From NCBI GenBank assembly GCA_052035325.1, contig JBPOHR010000006.1:3083-67082 (forward strand): a DNA stretch of 64,000 nucleotides. Reading direction: 5' to 3'. Positions 39,194-48,523 of this stretch are shown here, one piece after another. The position numbers were made by a program, and so were the translations under genes. The notes under the pieces are model-generated. The model did no database searches. It was given only the letters and a program-made list of their open reading frames with translations, and was not told the DNA's origin. Position 1 is the stretch's first letter; every line of letters starts with the position of its first letter. The DNA comes from Patescibacteria group bacterium (GTDB lineage: Bacteria; Patescibacteriota; Microgenomatia; UBA1400; PJMF01).

Positions 39194-39964
39194 TCATTGT
39201 GGTTTGTTGAGTAGCCTGAATGACTCGTAAAATTTTTTAAAAGTAAAGGTCTTAGGAACACCGCTGGTGTTTTGTCTTTCAGCATCTGATATTGCTCCAT
39301 TACTAATCACAAAGATTGTAGGCCCAGATACAATCATTACATCTTCTGATCTCCAGCTAGGGATGGAAGGAGTGGTAGTAGTAATGAGTAGCCCTTGAGT
39401 TCCATTTACAGTAATTGGTTTTTCTTCTTGTTGCCTATCCGAGAACTGAAAACCAATTTCTGCTTTAAGGTTTTCTTCAGTTTTATTTAGGATTGAATAA
39501 TAACTGACACCTAAGAGCACATCTTCTCCTACTTCCTGTGGTCCAAAACCTGTAAACGTTTGTTCTTCGATGAATCGCCATCCTTTGGGATAATCAATAG
39601 AGAACTGTAGTGGCGTATTGGTAAAAGTCGATGTTTGGTCTACTGCAACGGCCCCTTCAGGCATTGAGCCAGAACTTATGACGGTGTCTGAGGGCATTTC
39701 TTTGGCATCAAGTTGTTCATTTTCAATTGAAGGTTTCCTATCTGCTTCTAAAACTGTCAAGCGATTTTGCAACTGATAGTTCTGATAGCCAAAATAGACA
39801 ACCCCAGCGCATAAGAACACAACCACGACTATCAATGACAGAATAAGTGGTGAAATTGTTGATGCAGCAGGCGATTTTGGTATGTTTATTGATGAAGTCT
39901 GGACTGCTGAAGGTTGATTCTCTGTAGCAAGGACTGACGGGATTTGACCAACTATTTCATCCAT
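39194..39964 (-). CDS. membrane-anchored hypothetical protein
   Basis: One TM helix (LILSLIVVVVFLCAGVVYFGY) followed by an extracytoplasmic domain. Confidence 0.45.
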   Translation of the reverse strand: MDEIVGQIPSVLATENQPSAVQTSSINIPKSPAASTISPLILSLIVVVVFLCAGVVYFGYQNYQLQNRLTVLEADRKPSIENEQLDAKEMPSDTVISSGSMPEGAVAVDQTSTFTNTPLQFSIDYPKGWRFIEEQTFTGFGPQEVGEDVLLGVSYYSILNKTEENLKAEIGFQFSDRQQEEKPITVNGTQGLLITTTTPSIPSWRSEDVMIVSGPTIFVISNGAISDAERQNTSGVPKTFTFKKFYESFRLLNKPQ

Positions 39965-40170
39965 GGCTTAACTATAAAGAGATAATCGTGGCAAGTCAAT
40001 TAATTGCAAGTTTTTATAGACTAACTTTATTGATTTTTCAATTGATTACATTTTTGAGCGGTTAACCGTACTTCGCTCGAACCTACGAAAATGGGTTACT
40101 CCAGATCTAATTTTACAACTTAATTCTCTAAAGAGCCATATAAGTATCGAAAGCTTTGCAAATCTCTGAG

Positions 40171-40479
40171 TTATGATTTATTCCAAACAAGCCACTTCTC
40201 TTCAACTTCTTTTTCTAAATCAATTTTATGATGCTTAGCTAGAAGCAAAACATGAGAAAAAACGTCTGCCACTTCTTTCCGAAAATCTTGAGCTAATTCT
40301 TTGTCAGATTTGTCTTTCTTTCTGGCTTGACCAATCATCATTAGATAACTTTGTATCAATTCACCTAGCTCCTCTTGGAGTTTAAGAATAAACCAATCAG
40401 AGTCCCTCTTTATTCCAAATTTATTGGTATAAAGCACAGAAATTTTCTCTACTTCGTTAGTTATCGTTTTAATATCCAT
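40171..40479 (-). CDS. MazG-like nucleotide pyrophosphohydrolase
   Basis: 102 aa with the EExGE-type motif (LQEELGELIQ) and ...EVADVFSHVLLLA.... Confidence 0.65.
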   Translation of the reverse strand: MDIKTITNEVEKISVLYTNKFGIKRDSDWFILKLQEELGELIQSYLMMIGQARKKDKSDKELAQDFRKEVADVFSHVLLLAKHHKIDLEKEVEEKWLVWNKS

Positions 40480-40524
40480 TTATGTAATTTTCTAACAACT
40501 TTATGTACATTTCTGTCATTTATG

Positions 40525-40596
40525 AGCGGGTGAAGGGAGTCGGACCCTCGTCACCAGTTTGGAAAACTGGAGCTCTGACCGTTGAGCTACACCCGC
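40525..40596 (-). tRNA. tRNA-Gly (anticodon TCC)
   Basis: Reverse complement folds with acceptor GCGGGTG/CACCCGC, D-arm TAGCTCAACGGTCAGAGC, anticodon loop TTTCCAA and discriminator T. The T-loop reads TCCGACT, which is slightly atypical. Confidence 0.7.
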
Positions 40597-40652
40597 ATGC
40601 TCGATGCCGGTCTCACCATGAAGTGATCGCTGCTGCGATCAACATGGTTCGC

Positions 40653-40766
40653 CGTCATCTGCGCTTGCATTTTGTTAATAACTTCGCAAAATCTCTCTTC
40701 GCAGTATGGTTGTACTAACAGCTGTTAGTTGTCATCTGCGCTTGCATCTTGTTAATAACTTTGCGA
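40653..40766. repeat. imperfect 37-bp direct repeat pair (34/37 identical) flanking a 10-bp palindrome AACAGCTGTT
   Basis: 40653-40689 reads gtcatctgcgcttgcattttgttaataacttcgcaaa and 40730-40766 reads gtcatctgcgcttgcatcttgttaataactttgcgaa. Located between the MFS gene end and tRNA-Gly. Confidence 0.6.
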
Positions 40767-40867
40767 AGAGACTCTTGATCTCCCCCAAGTCTAAGCGAAG
40801 ACTTTTAAAAAAGCTGTTGATCGGCCGTAGGACGATCTCTTCAGTTTTTTTAAATGTCTGAGCCCTA

Positions 40868-42103
40868 TTATATATCCGCTTTCTTATGTATGGGAATGTA
40901 CATTTTCTGGCTAAGAAGTAAGGCCAACCCAAAAATCACCGCCGCAGCCACAAACGTCGCCGACAAAGATATTCGCGAAATAACCGCTCCAGCAATCAGT
41001 GGACCAACCACCTGCCCGAGTGACGTATATGACTGATTGATTCCCAAAATCGCGCCCTGGTCTTCTGCCAATGTGCGCTCAGATAGTAATCCAGTGGTAA
41101 TCGCAAAAATAGGTGAAGCAAACATCCCATACAACAGTGTCACCGGCACGAATGTCAACCAACTATGTTGCCACGAAGCCACTGCCAGTGCCACAGCCGA
41201 CAAGATCAACAGTAGTGAAATCAGCGTTTTCTTAGAAGGAATTAACTTCATCAGTGCTTTAATTCCACCCATCTGCACCAAGATATTTACCACCCCAAAG
41301 AGTGTAAAAGTCAAGCCAATTTGGAACGGCGACATCTTCAATGCATCGTTGGTAAACGACTGAAAACCAATAATAAAGGTGTTTTGCGCAACTGATACCA
41401 AAAAGCCAATTCCGATTATCACTCCCGTGGTCGGCAACAATAACGCCTTCAACATAAACGACAAATCGAAACCTTTTTTGGCGGTTTTTTGCTTTGCTTC
41501 TCTGACCACTTCTTTTGGCAAGGTTTCTTTTAGCATGAAAATACCCAGTATCGTTCCTACGGCCGCCATAACTGCCGCAAACCAGAAGGGTACTGTTGTC
41601 CCTAGTTCACTCAACAACCCACCCACAGCTGGCCCAATCAAGAAACCCACCCCAAACGTGGCTCCTAGCAACCCAAACGCTTTCGCCCGCTCCTTGCCAC
41701 TGGTCGTATCGGCAATCATGGCTTGTGCCACCGAGATATTACCTCCTGTGACCCCATCAATGGTCCGTGCCAAAAAGAGCATCACCACACTTGTTGCCGA
41801 AGCAAACATTGCCAAAGATGCCGCTGTACCGGCTAGACACAACAAGAGTAGTGATTTTCGACCAAATCGATCAGACAATCTACCGATGATCGGCGTCGCA
41901 ATCAGCTGTGCCAAGGAATAGCTGGCAAATAAGAAACCGACACCCACTCCATCTAAACCAAAACTGGTCGAGTATTTATAGAGTAGGGGAATGATCGTGC
42001 CATATGCCAAAGCATTGACGACCATAATAAAAGACAGAATCAGGAGAGTGCGGTTCTTCATACAGGCAGTACCAATGAAAATGGGTAGGCGCTTATTGTA
42101 CAA
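40868..42103 (-). CDS. MFS transporter (drug:H+ antiporter-like)
   Basis: 12 TM helices; MFS motif A GRLSDRFGRK. Confidence 0.85.
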   Translation of the reverse strand: MYNKRLPIFIGTACMKNRTLLILSFIMVVNALAYGTIIPLLYKYSTSFGLDGVGVGFLFASYSLAQLIATPIIGRLSDRFGRKSLLLLCLAGTAASLAMFASATSVVMLFLARTIDGVTGGNISVAQAMIADTTSGKERAKAFGLLGATFGVGFLIGPAVGGLLSELGTTVPFWFAAVMAAVGTILGIFMLKETLPKEVVREAKQKTAKKGFDLSFMLKALLLPTTGVIIGIGFLVSVAQNTFIIGFQSFTNDALKMSPFQIGLTFTLFGVVNILVQMGGIKALMKLIPSKKTLISLLLILSAVALAVASWQHSWLTFVPVTLLYGMFASPIFAITTGLLSERTLAEDQGAILGINQSYTSLGQVVGPLIAGAVISRISLSATFVAAAVIFGLALLLSQKMYIPIHKKADI

Positions 42104-42159
42104 AAAATCACAAAGGCTGACTACTGGAAAACACGGTATAATAGCTAGTTAACAACAAA

Positions 42160-42243
42160 GCCTCGGTGGCGGAATTGGTATACGCGTTGGACTTAAAATC
42201 CAATGCCTTCACTGGCTTGTGGGTTCGAGTCCCACCCGAGGCA
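42160..42243 (+). tRNA. tRNA-Leu (anticodon TAA)
   Basis: Acceptor GCCTCGG/CCGAGGC, anticodon stem-loop TTGGA-CTTAAAA-TCCAA, long variable arm, T-loop TTCGAGT, discriminator A. Confidence 0.8.
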
Positions 42244-42288
42244 CAAATACAGTACAATAGCAACGTAGCCAAGAATAAGAAGCCACAT

Positions 42289-42365
42289 CGGGGAATAGCT
42301 CAGATGGCTAGAGCGCACGCTTTGGGAGCGTGAGGCCGCAGGTTCGAGTCCTGTTTCCCCGACCA
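42289..42365 (+). tRNA. tRNA-Pro (anticodon TGG)
   Basis: Acceptor CGGGGAA/TTCCCCG, TAGCTCAGATGG D-arm, anticodon loop TTTGGGA, T-loop TTCGAGT, encoded CCA. Confidence 0.85.
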
Positions 42366-42373
42366 ATAAAAAT

Positions 42374-42396
42374 CCTGCCCTCTGGCAGGTTTTTTG
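42374..42396 (+). terminator. rho-independent terminator after the tRNA pair
   Basis: CCTGCC-ctct-GGCAGG hairpin followed by TTTTTT. Confidence 0.6.
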
Positions 42397-42546
42397 TTGG
42401 TAGGGGAGGCATTGGAATCAAATCTTTGGTTCGTTCTATGCGTACAAATAGTTATTCCTTAATTTGAGCAGTTTGGTCTTCGTATGGTTTCCGTACCAAT
42501 TCCTTATTCTAGAGAATAGTGTATTGGAGTATATTCGGAGGTATTT

Positions 42547-43995
42547 ATGATACTTAAATTAAGTGACCACTTCGGAGTAGACAGCGATAAGTTTGAAAAT
42601 CTTGGTGTTTTTGATGCTTTTGTTGATATAGATACAACACTTTTTGTAGATCCTCACCTGTTAAAACAAACTGAGATACCAGAATTCAAAGATTCCCATT
42701 TGAAACTGGAAAAGTACTTTTCTGATGTAATTAGGTTACTTCTGTTATCCAATGAAATGTTTGACTTACCTTGGCAAGTGGCTTGGAAACGATTGATTTT
42801 GAGAGAACTAAAAGGTGTTTCCATTGGTTTAGGCAAATCCACTGGAGATGGAAGTGGTATTGGTAAAAAACTTGCAAAAAAATTAACTGTACATGCAAAA
42901 AAACTAATAGATCTTGGTGTACAGGATCCGGAAATTTTTGAACTCATTGGACTCTTTACTGAAGATTTTGGACCAGATCGCTTAAGTGATATGACGGTGA
43001 TGATAATCCGTGAGGATTTGTATAAATATACTGCTCGAGTAGCTTCTGAACTGAATATCCCCACAGTTAGTATAAAAATTAAAGAACAAGAATATCAGAT
43101 ACCAAGGCATCCGCGCGGCAATAAACCCGTGGTTTTTCTACCAAAGGAACTCTTGAGAACCATCCCTGTAGCAAAAAATCCAGAGGACATTGATTCGATT
43201 GTTCATTTCAATGAAGAGCTTCGGATCAGATATAACTCAATCGTTGCCAAGCTAGCAAAAGATCTAGCAACGATGCGTGCCACCAAGCGGAAAGAATTCA
43301 TTTATCAAGAATTCTTCGCAGATCCTGAAAACATAAAAATTTTCGTGAAAGGATATCGCGACTATCAAGCAAAACCATATGATTTTGATTCCGATCCTCA
43401 AGGTCAGATGAGCTGGGACACTGCTGGAAAGCAGTTTTCTCATACATATCCGCTGGAGCTGAAACTATCTAAAGAGCCAACAATCGAAGATATTGAAGAA
43501 ACTGTGACCAAAATCATTGCACAGTTTAGAAAAAATATTGAATTCAATGGTCTTAACATCTTTCTCTATAAAGATGGAAGCAAAGGAACTCGACCTTACC
43601 ATGAAAGATATAGCCAACTGTTGTTTTATTCTATTGCTGATGCATATTGTGAGGCCAATAATATTGACCTTAACAGAGAGCCAAACCCTGGAATTGGATC
43701 AATAGATTTTAAGTTTAGCAGAGGATACTTACTCAAATTCATCGTTGAGATAAAACTCTCCAAACACAAACATCTCTTGGACGGATACACATTTCAACTT
43801 GATAGATATCAAAAGAGTGAAAATAATAGCAGAGGCGCATATCTGGTGATTCAAGTAGCAAATTCCGACAAGCTTAGAGAACTAAAACAGCTCGAAAAAA
43901 AAGCTATTGAGACAAATTCGCTTGCACCAAAAATACATCTCGTTGATGGAAGAATAAAGCCCACAGCGAGTAAGTTTTTTGCTGATTTCCCTTAA
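42547..43995 (+). CDS. hypothetical protein (482 aa) with C-terminal PD-(D/E)XK-like motif; AT-rich islet gene
   Basis: GC clearly lower than the flanks. The C-terminus ...REPNPGIGSIDFKFSRGYLLKFIVEIKLSK... fits the E...D...ExK nuclease pattern. No other recognised domain. Confidence 0.5.
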   Translation: MILKLSDHFGVDSDKFENLGVFDAFVDIDTTLFVDPHLLKQTEIPEFKDSHLKLEKYFSDVIRLLLLSNEMFDLPWQVAWKRLILRELKGVSIGLGKSTGDGSGIGKKLAKKLTVHAKKLIDLGVQDPEIFELIGLFTEDFGPDRLSDMTVMIIREDLYKYTARVASELNIPTVSIKIKEQEYQIPRHPRGNKPVVFLPKELLRTIPVAKNPEDIDSIVHFNEELRIRYNSIVAKLAKDLATMRATKRKEFIYQEFFADPENIKIFVKGYRDYQAKPYDFDSDPQGQMSWDTAGKQFSHTYPLELKLSKEPTIEDIEETVTKIIAQFRKNIEFNGLNIFLYKDGSKGTRPYHERYSQLLFYSIADAYCEANNIDLNREPNPGIGSIDFKFSRGYLLKFIVEIKLSKHKHLLDGYTFQLDRYQKSENNSRGAYLVIQVANSDKLRELKQLEKKAIETNSLAPKIHLVDGRIKPTASKFFADFP

Positions 43996-44093
43996 GAATA
44001 GCTTCAACCGCTTACACCAGAAATAACCCATATATTATATGAATATATTTATTCATCAATGAAAAAACAATCATTACTTCAGATTAATTTTCG

Positions 44094-45065
44094 CTAAACT
44101 GGAGCTGTTGTATCCAAGCTTAGTATTTCTAAATTCTTATAACTGATTACAAGGTTTTGCTGAGTAGGCGGATTGTGAGCGAATGCGTGCAAAACAACCC
44201 CTCCCGTGCTATCTGTTTGAATTTTATTATCCTCAAGTTCAGCGCTATCAGTCAAAGCTTTTAAAGAATTTTCCTCAATTACCAGTTCGAGAAGCTTAAA
44301 ACCATCTGCCATTTCAGCTTGTTTATTAATTATTGTCTTGCCTACTTCTGGAGCGCGTCTACCCGGAAAAGAGACAGATTCTAATTTTGAATTACTTCTC
44401 ACATAGACAAGTTCTGATCTAACGATGTCCGGTAACTGAGCTCTTAAGTGAATTCCCAACCAATCATGTGAGTTCGAATCACTTAAAAACTTGTACTCTA
44501 TGCGTAAACGTAAATTTTTTAAATTTTTTGGTACAGGAAAAGGAAGAAGTTGATTATGTCTTAATTCACCAGCAGCAGGAAAATTGAAATAGAAACCATC
44601 GAAATATTTTACAAATGTTTGCGACTTAATTTTACTAAAAATATTGAGTTCTTCTTCAATAATCTTGATCAAGGCTTCCTTTGATTTGTAATGACTTACT
44701 CGGAACCCGCTAATATCAAAGGGTAACTTTTTTAATTCATCACTTGTGACAATGAGAACATTTTTATTTAACTGTATAGCTACTCCTAATTCCAACATCA
44801 CATTTGGGTTCGTTCCAGTCACATCAGCAATAAAAAAGTCACATTTCTCGATAGCAGATACAAAAACATCATAAAGATGTTTGTTTCTAGACATAAACTT
44901 TTCAACTTCCGACTCAACTTTGTCTTTTAAAGTCACATTTGAACCATGCCTAATATCCCAGGACTCAAATAACCTATGAAAAATATCCTCATACATGCTT
45001 TGAATATAAATATTCCAGGGATATGCAACGAACAGTGATTTTTTTCGATTAAGGTCTAAATTCAT
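44094..45065 (-). CDS. hypothetical protein with N-terminal nucleoside 2-deoxyribosyltransferase/TIR-like Rossmann signature; AT-rich islet gene
   Basis: SLFVAYPW ... CDFFIADVTGTNPNVMLELGVAIQLNKNVLIV resembles the NDT/SLOG/TIR-like fold with its conserved Glu. The C-terminal 180 aa is unknown. Start taken at an internal ATG. Confidence 0.45.
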   Translation of the reverse strand: MNLDLNRKKSLFVAYPWNIYIQSMYEDIFHRLFESWDIRHGSNVTLKDKVESEVEKFMSRNKHLYDVFVSAIEKCDFFIADVTGTNPNVMLELGVAIQLNKNVLIVTSDELKKLPFDISGFRVSHYKSKEALIKIIEEELNIFSKIKSQTFVKYFDGFYFNFPAAGELRHNQLLPFPVPKNLKNLRLRIEYKFLSDSNSHDWLGIHLRAQLPDIVRSELVYVRSNSKLESVSFPGRRAPEVGKTIINKQAEMADGFKLLELVIEENSLKALTDSAELEDNKIQTDSTGGVVLHAFAHNPPTQQNLVISYKNLEILSLDTTAPV

Positions 45066-45154
45066 ATTAATGGCATAATAACAGAGTGTGTTTTTTTCAA
45101 CTACACAGAAAAACAAAATCTATAGATTACCTGATCTGAAATTCGGTTATTATT

Positions 45155-45577
45155 TTGGTCAGGTGCCTCAACCAATACATTGTGCTGACACCTGAAGAAT
45201 TTACAGTCCGTTTCGCTAGAACCCAACAGGAAAGAGAATCTCGTTCTAACTGCTTTGGTACTGCCAAATATTTGTTGGGAGCTGCTGACAAAGATAGATA
45301 TAATTCTTTTGAAGAATTTAGCGTGTTCCTAGAAATGTTGTGCTTCCCTTCGTTTCAAATCACCATTAGCACACTGCTCACAGTCCTAAGTGAGAATAAT
45401 ACTAGTTTTCCATACGGTACTATTTTCTGTTTACTAAGTTATACGTATAGTACTAACTACCCTCCTCTAATTCTGCATGCCATGATTGTTGCGCCTGGCA
45501 CATCTCCGATACTTGTTCATCGTCGAGGTTATCATGAAAAAAACTTAACAATTACCGATGCCAATGATGCTTTCTAA
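45155..45577 (+). CDS. hypothetical protein (140 aa)
   Basis: ORF only. Confidence 0.3.
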   Translation: MVRCLNQYIVLTPEEFTVRFARTQQERESRSNCFGTAKYLLGAADKDRYNSFEEFSVFLEMLCFPSFQITISTLLTVLSENNTSFPYGTIFCLLSYTYSTNYPPLILHAMIVAPGTSPILVHRRGYHEKNLTITDANDAF

Positions 45578-45631
45578 CTATGAACAACAGCAAAAGTTGC
45601 AAGTCTATACGATACAATAATCAGATATAGA

Positions 45632-45946
45632 TTGAGCAACATAATGACAACTTCCACCCGCCTCATCACCTTCAAAGAATCCATTGCCCTCGGCAAGTAC
45701 GACGCGGAATACCTCAGCCAATACCCAGAATGGCAAGAACTCGACCGCCATCTGCAGTTCCAATACATTTCTCAAGCCATCATCAATAAACGTCGCCAAC
45801 TACGACTCCAGTGGGCGAATCTTGCCAATCAACCCCACTTTAGCAAAAAGCCAGAGTTGGCTGCTGCTCAAAAAAAAGTCGAACAAGCACTGATTGATCT
45901 CGATGTTGATGAAGAAAAATATATGGTAGAGTATGCTGGAGTTTAG
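45632..45946 (+). CDS. hypothetical protein (104 aa)
   Basis: ORF only. Confidence 0.35.
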   Translation: MSNIMTTSTRLITFKESIALGKYDAEYLSQYPEWQELDRHLQFQYISQAIINKRRQLRLQWANLANQPHFSKKPELAAAQKKVEQALIDLDVDEEKYMVEYAGV

Positions 45947-45969
45947 TTAGTACCTACACTCATCACCAC

Positions 45970-46698
45970 ATGCCAACTCCCACCCACATCTTCTTCGACG
46001 CTAGTGCCACACTTATTTATCCCTTTCCAAACTTTGATGAGTTTTGTGTACAGTTTTTGGAAGAAAAAAACGTACCAGTGAACCGTAATGCCATGACTAA
46101 AGCTAATCAGGCTGCGGATCATGTGATTAACCAACATAAGAAAAAAGTGTCAATTATTCCCAACAATCCTGTCTCGGAACGAATTGTATGGTCTCATTAC
46201 CAAAGTGTTCGCTTACAACATTTAGCGGCAGACACGGCTGAACACCCTTGGTTGGAATGGGGTTATGAAGTGTACGATTCTTTCAACCCATCTGATAAAT
46301 GGCGAGCTTACGATGATGTTATCGAAACTCTCACCACTCTAAAAGAACAAGGATATTCATTAGCAATCGTCTCAGATTTTGGTCCAGGTCTGGAGAAAAT
46401 ACTAGAATTAATTGGAATCGCAGATTATTTTGATCATAAATTTGTTTCAACAGTGGAAGGTGTTTCCAAAGCTCATTCTCAATTGTTTGAACGGGCGCTG
46501 CAACGACTGGGAATTGACCCCGAGAACAGTATTATGATTGGAGACAATCATGAAATGGATGTGCTCAATGCATTGAATGTGGGTATCCCGGCTATATGGT
46601 TAAATCGTGATAACAAACCTCTCCCCACAGAGTTTGATGAAAAAAGCAAGGTAATCACTACCCTTTCTCAAATTCCCAATCTTCTCAAAACACGGTAG
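45970..46698 (+). CDS. HAD-superfamily hydrolase (subfamily IA-like)
   Basis: Motif I FFDASATL (DxS variant), then ...AIVSDFG... and motif IV GDNHEMDV. Confidence 0.75.
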   Translation: MPTPTHIFFDASATLIYPFPNFDEFCVQFLEEKNVPVNRNAMTKANQAADHVINQHKKKVSIIPNNPVSERIVWSHYQSVRLQHLAADTAEHPWLEWGYEVYDSFNPSDKWRAYDDVIETLTTLKEQGYSLAIVSDFGPGLEKILELIGIADYFDHKFVSTVEGVSKAHSQLFERALQRLGIDPENSIMIGDNHEMDVLNALNVGIPAIWLNRDNKPLPTEFDEKSKVITTLSQIPNLLKTR

Positions 46699-46710
46699 AA
46701 TCGTACTCCA

Positions 46711-47139
46711 ATGTCCAAAAAACTTTCCCTCCTTCTCATTATGGTTTTTGCTGCTGTGAGCATGACAGCTTGCAGTGCGCTCAAAACTGGCACTACCACT
46801 ACTGCATCACCACTCCCAACGCCAGCTGCACAAACTGCAACCACACCTACTCCCGCCGCAATGCTCAAGACCTCGTACGAACTCACTGCCACCCAGAGTG
46901 GAGAAGTAGCACTCGATATTCTCGAAGCCAATGCCAAAGTTGAGACCAAAGACTATGGTGAAGCTGGTAAGTTTGTAACTGCCATCAATGGCTTAGCTGG
47001 TGACAATACTGCCTACTGGGCGTTCTACGTAAACGGAACCTACGCAGAAAAAGGGGCTAGCCAAACAAAACTGAAAAAAGGTGATACTATCAAGTTCGTC
47101 TATGAAGCTGTCAACGCCGCCGATGCCCTCTCTAAGTAA
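46711..47139 (+). CDS. DUF4430-domain lipoprotein
   Basis: Lipobox LLIMVFAAVSMTAC. The C-terminal ...KDYGEAGKFVTAINGLAGDNTAYWAFYVNG...GDTIKFVY is typical of DUF4430. Confidence 0.55.
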   Translation: MSKKLSLLLIMVFAAVSMTACSALKTGTTTTASPLPTPAAQTATTPTPAAMLKTSYELTATQSGEVALDILEANAKVETKDYGEAGKFVTAINGLAGDNTAYWAFYVNGTYAEKGASQTKLKKGDTIKFVYEAVNAADALSK

Positions 47140-47647
47140 GCACTTTACTCGATTTTTTACTGCGCTTACGGTATTTATCTCACGACTCGATCTCTTGCCT
47201 GGCAATATTAGTCCTTTAGGCAGTTTTGGATTTTTCGGTAAGAGCCCCATCCTATATGGCTTGAGTATTGTGGCGTTTGATGTCCTGGTAAAAGGTAGCT
47301 ATCGGGGTTTTTGGCTGACCTATCTCGGCTTTGCGTGTTACCCCATACTTGGTTATCTAGCGCGTCGCAGCACCAAACTCCAACTAGCACTGCTACCCCT
47401 CGCCTCATTCTTGTTCTTTGTACTTTCAAATTTTGGCGTGTGGTTCTATTGGCATGATCACACCTTTGCCCAACTGGTCATTTGTTACACCCAAGCTGTG
47501 CCTTTTTACGCTCGGACTTTGGCAAGTGATATGCTATTTGGATATGGATATGTGGCAGCACGACAAATCTGGCGCAAGCACCACGCTACTATATGCCAAA
47601 TCCTCAATGTACCAACTTTAGCACCGACCAAATCTACCAATTCCTAA
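47123..47647 (+). CDS. small polytopic membrane protein (possible substrate-capture component)
   Basis: Five hydrophobic segments; overlaps the end of the DUF4430 gene. Confidence 0.4.
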   Translation: MPSLSKHFTRFFTALTVFISRLDLLPGNISPLGSFGFFGKSPILYGLSIVAFDVLVKGSYRGFWLTYLGFACYPILGYLARRSTKLQLALLPLASFLFFVLSNFGVWFYWHDHTFAQLVICYTQAVPFYARTLASDMLFGYGYVAARQIWRKHHATICQILNVPTLAPTKSTNS

Positions 47648-48114
47648 CCAAATCTCTGGATTTAGCTGCGCACGCACTCCAAGAAAATAGCTATCCCATC
47701 GGCGCTGTCTTTGTTAATGCCAACGGTACTGTACTGGCTGAAACTTCCAATGAGTATGCTCATGATCACGACGTGACCGCTCATGCTGAACTACTCGGCC
47801 TGCGCCAACTTAGCGAGCATGCAGACAAAGATCTCGGAATACCTCTGACCCTTTATACATCGCTCGAACCCTGTTTTGGCTGTAGCTTTTTTCTCGCGCG
47901 ATCAAGCGTCACCCAGATTTATTCAGCTTTGAAAGACCCGCACAAAGGTGGTATTTCCATGTTGAAAGAACAAGCGCAATTTGTGTCATTCTTCAAAAAT
48001 ATGGAAATTGAACATACTCTATTTGCAGACCTGCAAGCACAGTCTGCTCAATTACTACAAACATATTTTGAACAGAATGGTAATGAAGCAGCCGCTAGGC
48101 TGTATCAATTGTAG
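47593..48114 (+). CDS. cytidine/deoxycytidylate-type zinc deaminase (TadA/guanine-deaminase-like)
   Basis: HAE...PCxxC zinc-binding motif (HAELLGL ... EPCFGC). Confidence 0.7.
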   Translation: MPNPQCTNFSTDQIYQFLTKSLDLAAHALQENSYPIGAVFVNANGTVLAETSNEYAHDHDVTAHAELLGLRQLSEHADKDLGIPLTLYTSLEPCFGCSFFLARSSVTQIYSALKDPHKGGISMLKEQAQFVSFFKNMEIEHTLFADLQAQSAQLLQTYFEQNGNEAAARLYQL

Positions 48115-48126
48115 ATCTAACAATCA

Positions 48127-48474
48127 TTATCTCCAGTCATCTGGTCGACGATCTCGCTTACGCCATTCTTCAGGAGAGAGCCTACGTCCAAAAGTAACAG
48201 CTGTCCCATTCTCCAAGCTCCATGCTATCAAGTCATTATCATCCCATGGTCTTTCTTCTGGGATCTGAGGCTGCTGGTCATCACTTCCACCACCACCTCC
48301 TTCACCTGTTGCATTTTCTGCAATTTCTAAATCCTTCAAGGCCTGTATGGGATGGGTCATGTTGATCAAGAACAGCCAATAATCATCAACACATTGAGGA
48401 TTTTTTTTCAATTTTTCCTCGAGTGTAGCAAGTCTTTCTAACTCAAATCTAATAAGCATACCCCTATTATACAC
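48127..48474 (-). CDS. hypothetical protein
   Basis: ORF only; contains a Gly-rich acidic stretch. Confidence 0.35.
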   Translation of the reverse strand: MYNRGMLIRFELERLATLEEKLKKNPQCVDDYWLFLINMTHPIQALKDLEIAENATGEGGGGGSDDQQPQIPEERPWDDNDLIAWSLENGTAVTFGRRLSPEEWRKRDRRPDDWR

Positions 48475-48523
48475 ATTTAATGTGTATAAGGAGTATATCT
48501 GGGACCTTTTTATGACAAATAAT

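Noticed and set aside
40503-40932. ORFs 40503..40718(+) and 40732..40932(-)
   Set aside because: The first overlaps the minus-strand tRNA-Gly. The second spans the repeat/palindrome region and the 3' end of the MFS gene. Both are treated as non-coding.
42366-45631. Calling the tRNA-Pro islet a prophage or integrative element
   Set aside because: No integrase, recombinase, transposase or recognisable att duplication of the tRNA 3' end was found. It is reported only as a compositionally distinct islet.
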